From positions 1-41,536 of the forward strand of contig DASQYT010000176.1 in NCBI GenBank assembly GCA_035639075.1: 41,536 bases of DNA. Direction: 5' to 3'. Both the position numbers and the translations under genes were made by a program. The stretch is from Candidatus Elarobacter sp. (GTDB taxonomy: Bacteria > Acidobacteriota > Terriglobia > Acidiferrales > UBA7541). Positions 36,519 through 41,536 of this stretch are shown in pieces; within the stretch, counting starts at the first letter, position 1; each line of letters starts with the position of its first letter. The notes beneath the pieces were generated by a model that saw only the letters and a list, made by a program, of their open reading frames with translations, did not search any database and was not told the origin of the DNA.

Positions 36519-37013
36519 ATGGCGAAGCTGTCGCATTACGGAAAAAAGGGCGAAGTGCGAATGGTCGACGTGTCCGACAAGGCGGTGACGACGCGAACAG
36601 CTGCGGCACGTTGTTTTGTGAAGATGAAGCCGCGCGTGGTGAACGCCGTCCGGCGGCTGAAAAACCCGAAAGGGAATCCGCTGGAAGTGGCGCGGATTGC
36701 GGGAATTGCCGCGGCCAAGAGGACCGCGGAGTGGATACCTCTTTGTCACCCACTGCCCTTGACGCACATTGATGTGTCCGCGCGGCTGTGCCAGAATGGC
36801 GTGGAAGTGCAATCCACAGTGACCACGGCCGCCCAGACGGGCGTGGAAATGGAAGCCCTGGTAGCGGTTACCGCAGCGGCCCTCACGGTCTACGACATGT
36901 GCAAAGCCCTCGATAAAGGGATGGAAATCACGGACATTGTTCTCGTCGAAAAGACGGGCGGCAAGAGCGGGGATTTCCGTCGGCAGATGGCGCCCAAAAG
37001 GCGCACCCGATGA
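36519..37013 (+). CDS. moaC: Cyclic pyranopterin monophosphate synthase MoaC
   Basis: MVDVSDK, AAKRT..IPLCHP, TGVEMEAL, YDMCKA, KTGGKSG. Confidence 0.96.
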   Translation: MAKLSHYGKKGEVRMVDVSDKAVTTRTAAARCFVKMKPRVVNAVRRLKNPKGNPLEVARIAGIAAAKRTAEWIPLCHPLPLTHIDVSARLCQNGVEVQSTVTTAAQTGVEMEALVAVTAAALTVYDMCKALDKGMEITDIVLVEKTGGKSGDFRRQMAPKRRTR

Positions 37014-37768
37014 CCACGGCTGGGCATAAAAGCATAAAATTGCTGCTTGCGGACGATAATCCGCTGGTGCGCGATCTGATCGTAAAGGGGCTTGACCCGT
37101 TCTGCGCGGTGGAGGTTTCCACAGACGGGGCAGACGCGCTCTTAAAGGTTGTGGATACGCCTCCCGACGTGATTCTCTGCGATTACAAGATGCCCGGCCT
37201 GGATGGCAGGCAACTCTTCGAGAAACTTCGCGCGCGTGAGGCAACACGCCACATTCCATTTCTGTTCATGGCCAGCCGGCCGGATATCGAGGAGCGGCTG
37301 AGGCCGCTTGTGGATGGCGTCGAGGATTTTATCCCCAAGCCATTCTTGATTAAGGACCTGGTGCGTATCACGAAAAAAGTGGTCGATCGCCTGCACCTCG
37401 AAAAGCTGCAGAAGAAAGCTTCGCGGCCAGGCGTCATTCAAGGACGTCTCGAAGAGATGAGCATGATCGACCTAATGCAATCGCTGGAGATGGGTCAGAA
37501 ATCGTGCCGGTTGATCGTGCAGAGCGGCGGCGCGCAAGGCGAACTTTATTTTGCGAGCGGGCAATGCCGCGACGCGAAGATCGGCAAGCTCGAAGGCGAT
37601 GACGCGGTTTATAAGGTGGTGCTTTGGACGGCGGGAGAATTCGAGATCGATTTCAACGCCGCGAATGCCTCGACAAAGACGACCACGACGCGCAATACGA
37701 CCGGCCTGTTGATGGAAGCCATGCGGCTGATGGACGAAGCCAACCGCGATACGGTCGAGACGCCGTGA
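37010..37768 (+). CDS. Response regulator with REC + DUF4388 (PatA-N-like) domain
   Basis: LLADDN..LCDYKMPGLDG..IPKPF, then GRLEEMSMIDLMQSL...GELYF..G...W..GEF...LLMEAMRLMDE. Confidence 0.85.
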   Translation: MTTAGHKSIKLLLADDNPLVRDLIVKGLDPFCAVEVSTDGADALLKVVDTPPDVILCDYKMPGLDGRQLFEKLRAREATRHIPFLFMASRPDIEERLRPLVDGVEDFIPKPFLIKDLVRITKKVVDRLHLEKLQKKASRPGVIQGRLEEMSMIDLMQSLEMGQKSCRLIVQSGGAQGELYFASGQCRDAKIGKLEGDDAVYKVVLWTAGEFEIDFNAANASTKTTTTRNTTGLLMEAMRLMDEANRDTVETP

Positions 37769-37790
37769 GTCTCACGAAGAAACCTTCCCG

Positions 37791-38267
37791 ATGCGCGTTG
37801 CAGTCCTAACGATCAGCGACTCCGTGACAAAAGGCGAGCGAGAGGATTTGTCCGGCCCCGCGGTTGTTGCATTTTGCCGTGGACTGGGTTGGGAAATTGC
37901 GTCGATGCTGCACGTCTCCGACGATCCCGCAAGCATCCGCGAGCAGATGCGCGCCGTGGCGGATTCCGGCCGCGTGGACGTTCTCTTGACCACGGGCGGA
38001 ACAGGGATCGGGCCGCGGGACAACACGCCCGAAGCGACTCAGGCGGTAGCTGACCGTATCGTGCCCGGACTTTCCGAAGAAATGCGCCGCAAGGGACTGG
38101 AGAAAACGCCCACGGCTGTTTTATCGCGCGGTACTGCCGCAGTCAGAACCAAGACGCTCATCGTCAATTTGCCGGGAAGTCTCAAGGGTGCAGTGGAATC
38201 CCTCGAAGTTGTAGCGCATCTGCTCCCGCACGCGGTCAAAGTTCTGCACGGAGCGCGGCACGACTAG
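37791..38267 (+). CDS. MogA/MoaB-family molybdopterin adenylyltransferase
   Basis: LTISD...REDLSG, TTGGTGIGPRDNTPEA, LSRG, NLPGS. Confidence 0.92.
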   Translation: MRVAVLTISDSVTKGEREDLSGPAVVAFCRGLGWEIASMLHVSDDPASIREQMRAVADSGRVDVLLTTGGTGIGPRDNTPEATQAVADRIVPGLSEEMRRKGLEKTPTAVLSRGTAAVRTKTLIVNLPGSLKGAVESLEVVAHLLPHAVKVLHGARHD

Positions 38268-38273
38268 CGCGCG

Positions 38274-38699
38274 CTACGCCGCTTTCGGACTTCGCAGGGG
38301 AATAAGAGCGCGCAGCCGGTCCTCGCGAAAGTAAAGACCTCCCCACAACAGCACGCCCAAATACGTCGGGAACAAGACATGGCTGAATAATGGATCGCCG
38401 GCGCGTAAGTGCGTGGCAACGGCGCCGCCAAGATAACCAGTCAGCAAGATCGCGCCAAGAATCGAGGTCTTCGGAATGACATAGAGGACAGTGGACACTA
38501 ACAAGATCATCCCGAGAACTGGAGCGAGGTTAAGGGGCCAACCCACGTGAGCGAATGCCTCCACTACGGGGGCCGGAGCCGGCGTTACAAATTTTAAGAT
38601 GGCGTCGAAAGTAAGGAACGTGACAACCAATCCGGTCATGATACGTCCGGCCCAGAGCCCTTTCTTCGAGACGGGGGCGGTTTGCGCGTCTGAGGGCAT
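38274..38699 (-). CDS. DoxX-family membrane protein
   Basis: WAGRIMTGL, LYVIPKTSILGAILLTGYLGGAVATH, WGGLYFREDRLRAL. GGAGG SD. Confidence 0.88.
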   Translation of the reverse strand: MPSDAQTAPVSKKGLWAGRIMTGLVVTFLTFDAILKFVTPAPAPVVEAFAHVGWPLNLAPVLGMILLVSTVLYVIPKTSILGAILLTGYLGGAVATHLRAGDPLFSHVLFPTYLGVLLWGGLYFREDRLRALIPLRSPKAA

Positions 38700-38774
38700 G
38701 AATTTTTCCTCCGTATGCTCCCTGTAATACCACAAATTTGTGAAATCGCTTCCTGTAATCCAAGAACAAGCGCA

Positions 38775-39227
38775 CTAAACCCCAAACTGCCGCAGGTGAT
38801 GATCCAGATGCTTGTACATCAATGTCGCCCACTCCTCCCTTGTTAGCGGCCCAAAAAAGCTATGCGGATGCTTGGTGCAGCCCTTCGGTCCCGCCGCAGC
38901 AAACCGGTCAATCAATCCGCGCAACCTCTCCCGTTCCGTTCCCAGGTCCCGTTCATCCTGCGCTACAAGATCCTTCACCCTCGGCGAATTCCGGCGCATC
39001 GGTTGGTCGTTCCCAAGCGCCATCGGCTTCACCATCCGTCCGATGATCCGTCCCAGAAACATCCATGGCGGAATCCTGTCCTCTAACGCCCACTCCAAAC
39101 CCGCAGAGCAGTGCGCCACCGCTTGCGCCGCATTCATCTTGCCCCACAGCCGCTCGCTATTCGGCCTCAGTTGCGCCATCCGTTCCTTGACTTCTTCCAC
39201 CCTAGCCGCTTCAAAGAGATTTTTGAT
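38775..39227 (-). CDS. DUF1569 / DinB-superfamily protein; ATC at the expected start position
   Basis: (I)KNLFE..WGKMNAAQAVAHC..HSFFGPLTREEW..KHLDHHLRQFGV. GGAGGAGG lies 9 nt before ATC. Confidence 0.8.
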   Translation of the reverse strand: MKNLFEAARVEEVKERMAQLRPNSERLWGKMNAAQAVAHCSAGLEWALEDRIPPWMFLGRIIGRMVKPMALGNDQPMRRNSPRVKDLVAQDERDLGTERERLRGLIDRFAAAGPKGCTKHPHSFFGPLTREEWATLMYKHLDHHLRQFGV

Positions 39228-39294
39228 GCGAAATTGCCTCCTCCGGTCAAACACCTCACAACCCAGTGCGCCTGAGCATGTTGCCCGCAGGCCG

Positions 39295-39591
39295 TTATCC
39301 GCCAGCGATTGCGCCGATGATGAGAAGAGGCTCCGCACCCGATGCGACGGCATCCGGCAACGGTGTATCCGGCGGCTCCAGAGAATAATCTTCGGAGCAA
39401 GCGAAGAACCGCAGAAAAGGCCGACGCTCCTGCGTGACGTGATCACGGATGGTGCCGCGCAGCATCGGGTACTGCGCTTCGAGCGCATCGAGGACCGAGC
39501 GCTGTGTAACTGGGCCCTCGACGTGGAGCTGAATCTCCGGACCGACTCGCGCCAGCGCTCGCAGATGGCCCGGTAGGACGACGCGAATCAT
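39295..39591 (-). CDS. MoaD/ThiS-like ubiquitin-fold protein with C-terminal GG
   Basis: [28 protein letters not shown], ends AIAGG-stop. ATGA-coupled to the upstream gene. Confidence 0.88.
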   Translation of the reverse strand: MIRVVLPGHLRALARVGPEIQLHVEGPVTQRSVLDALEAQYPMLRGTIRDHVTQERRPFLRFFACSEDYSLEPPDTPLPDAVASGAEPLLIIGAIAGG

Positions 39592-40772
39592 GGCAGCGTT
39601 TGAACCTCGACAGAAAGCACAGCCGGAAGGTGTTCCACGATGGGGGACCAACTGTCGCCTGCGTCGGCGCTGCCGTATAGCTGTCCGCCCGTCGTGCCGA
39701 AATAGACGCCGCATTTATCGAGCGAGTCGACGGCCATGGCGTCGCGCAATACGTTTACGTAGCAGTCCTTTTGCGGCAACCCCTTGGTCAGCGCTTCCCA
39801 TTCGTTTCCGCCGGATTTGCTGCGGTACACGCGCAGCTTGCCCTGGAGAGGGAAGTGCTCTCCGTCGCTCTTGATGGGCACGACGTAAATGGTTTCCGGT
39901 TCGTGGGCGTGGACCTCGATCACGAAGCCGAAGTCTGTCGGCAGGTTGCCACTGACCTCTTTCCACAAGTCACCCGCATTGTCGCTGCGCATAACGTCCC
40001 AGTGTTTCTGCATGAAGAGGACGTTCGGGTGCGAGGGATGCATGGCGACGTGATGAACGCAGTGGCCGACCTCGGCGGTTGGCTCGGGGATGTATTGGGA
40101 ATGGAGGCCCTTGTTGATGGGCTTCCAGGTGTTGCCGCCGTCGTCGGTCCGAAATGCGCCCGCGGCTGAGATGGCGATATAGATACGCTTTGGATCCTTG
40201 CGATCCAAAATGATGGTGTGGAGGCACATGCCACCGGCGCCGGGCTGCCAGCGCGGCCCGGTGCCATGGCCGCGCAATCCAGCGAGTTCCTTCCAATTCT
40301 TCCCGCCGTCCGTCGAGCGGAATATGCCAGCGTCTTCCACGCCCGCGTAGACGGTGTCCGGATCGGTGGGCGATGGTTCAAGATGCCAGACACGCTTGAA
40401 TTCCCAGGGATGCTGCGTGCCGTCGTACCACATGTGGGTGGTGAGAGGTTTGCCGGTTTCCGCGGACGTGTCGTAGACGAACTTATTGCTCTCGCCTTTG
40501 GGCGGGCCCGGCTTGGCGTCCTTCTCCCCCGGCGGCGTCCCCGGCTGTATCCAAGTCTTGCCGCCATCATCCGAGCGCTGAATGATCTGCCCGAACCAGC
40601 CGCTGGTCTGCGACGCATAGATGCGATTCGGGTCGGCGGGCGAGCCCTTGAGGTGATACATCTCCCAGCCCGCAAAATGCGGACCGCTGACGTCCCACTT
40701 TTGGCGCTTACCATCCGATGAAAGGACAAATGCACCCTTGCGCGTTCCAACCAGTACCCGTACTCCGCTCAT
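39588..40772 (-). CDS. BNR/Asp-box beta-propeller protein (sialidase-like)
   Basis: Repeated Asp boxes [52 protein letters not shown]. No signal peptide. Confidence 0.88.
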   Translation of the reverse strand: MSGVRVLVGTRKGAFVLSSDGKRQKWDVSGPHFAGWEMYHLKGSPADPNRIYASQTSGWFGQIIQRSDDGGKTWIQPGTPPGEKDAKPGPPKGESNKFVYDTSAETGKPLTTHMWYDGTQHPWEFKRVWHLEPSPTDPDTVYAGVEDAGIFRSTDGGKNWKELAGLRGHGTGPRWQPGAGGMCLHTIILDRKDPKRIYIAISAAGAFRTDDGGNTWKPINKGLHSQYIPEPTAEVGHCVHHVAMHPSHPNVLFMQKHWDVMRSDNAGDLWKEVSGNLPTDFGFVIEVHAHEPETIYVVPIKSDGEHFPLQGKLRVYRSKSGGNEWEALTKGLPQKDCYVNVLRDAMAVDSLDKCGVYFGTTGGQLYGSADAGDSWSPIVEHLPAVLSVEVQTLP

Positions 40773-40858
40773 CTCTCACTCCTTTTTATGAATTGCATAT
40801 GCATCTGGCCAAATCGAAATTGTTTATTCAGAAGCGACCGCGCAATCTTCCGTTCGCG

Positions 40859-41257
40859 CTATCTTCGAAGAGGGAGGAGTGCGCGCAACCTAGCGTCGCG
40901 CAAATAAAGTCCTGCCCAGACCAACACGCCGAGAATGACCGTAGCGAAGTAGGATGGGTCGCCCACGCGCACGTTGCTTGCGGTTGCGCCGCCGAGATAG
41001 GCGGTCATGAGGATCGCGCCAAGATACGAACTTTGCGGAATGACGTAGACGAGCGTGCAGGCGATCTCGAGAATCCCGATGACAACAATCAGACTTTCGG
41101 GATATCCATAGTGTGCGAACCCCTGCAGGACTGGCGTCGGCTTCAGCAATTTCATAACGCCGCTGAAGAGCAGCAAGAGCACAGGCAGGGCACTGATGAT
41201 ACGTCCGGCCCAGAGCTGTTTTTTCGAGACGGATAACGCTTGAGCACCCGACGCCAC
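40859..41257 (-). CDS. DoxX-family membrane protein
   Basis: WAGRIISAL, YVIPQSSYLGAILMTAYLGGATAS, WAGLYLRDARLRALLP. GTG start with GGAGG SD. Confidence 0.88.
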   Translation of the reverse strand: MASGAQALSVSKKQLWAGRIISALPVLLLLFSGVMKLLKPTPVLQGFAHYGYPESLIVVIGILEIACTLVYVIPQSSYLGAILMTAYLGGATASNVRVGDPSYFATVILGVLVWAGLYLRDARLRALLPLRR

Positions 41258-41325
41258 GAATGTTTCCTCCAGGCCAATCTCAATCGGTCACAGCGAATTC
41301 GTGCGAGTGAAACTATGCCAATCTT

Positions 41326-41342
41326 ACTTGCAGAATGCAAGT
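41326..41342. promoter_or_regulatory. Perfect palindrome, probable HxlR operator
   Basis: ACTTGCA-GAA-TGCAAGT between the divergent doxX and hxlR-like genes. Confidence 0.65.
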
Positions 41343-41365
41343 TAAAATATGCTACAGTGGAAAAT

Positions 41366-41536
41366 GTGCCAAGGAAAAAGGCGAGTCCCAAGCGGCGGTC
41401 GGGTTGTCCGCTCAACGCTTCGGTGGAGATCCTCGGTGACCGCTGGTCGCTGCTGATCATTCGCGACATGATGCTGCGGGGATTCCGCACCTATAAAGAG
41501 TTCCTGGGTTCCTACGAGGGAATCGCGACGAATATC
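41366..41536 (+). CDS. HxlR/DUF24-family winged-helix regulator (5' part, truncated by window end)
   Basis: Manual translation from GTG 41366: (M)PRKKASPKRRSGCPLNASVEILGDRWSLLIIRDMMLRGFRTYKEFLGSYEGIATNI. Confidence 0.85.
   Translation, partial: MPRKKASPKRRSGCPLNASVEILGDRWSLLIIRDMMLRGFRTYKEFLGSYEGIATNI

Noticed and set aside
38775-39488. 237-aa ORF as a single gene
   Set aside because: Its first 87 codons overlap the Ubl gene in another frame plus the spacer. The SD and family start lie at 39227.
39295-39591. Calling the Ubl the canonical moaD of the adjacent Moco operon
   Set aside because: It is on the opposite strand, coupled to the propeller gene, longer than typical MoaD, and no moaE is present. 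Not excluded but unsupported.

Overview
GC-rich bacterial chromosomal window, most likely Acidobacteriota (inferred from an ADOP-type duplicated orphan ABC permease and the style of the intergenic repeats). It mixes housekeeping and accessory genes: a DinB protein, an NtrC-family sigma54 activator, a site-2 protease, a Phd-VapC toxin-antitoxin pair, a pseudokinase-TonB_C fusion, a TetR/SRPBCC pair, a hybrid histidine kinase, two 3-methyladenine glycosylases (mpg, tag), split transhydrogenase pntAa-pntAb-pntB, a Tat-signal PLP aminotransferase, the glyoxylate shunt (aceB-aceA with divergent iclR), a BON protein, GDPD, rsmA, glgA-trxA, purA and moeA-moaC-(REC/DUF4388)-mogA/moaB. At the right end lies an HxlR-associated DoxX / His-Cys beta-propeller / ubiquitin-like (GG) / DUF1569-DinB / DoxX operon. 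I saw no rRNA, tRNA, CRISPR array, integrase or transposase. The strongest candidates for undescribed biology are (i) the beta-propeller + ubiquitin-like operon, (ii) the probably inactive kinase fused to a periplasmic TonB_C domain upstream of a site-2 protease, (iii) a sigma54-promoted structured ~210-nt RNA downstream of the NtrC-like gene, and (iv) a triplicated iclR/BON gene-end junction whose spare copy differs mainly by synonymous changes. All family assignments are from motif recognition by eye, not database searches.
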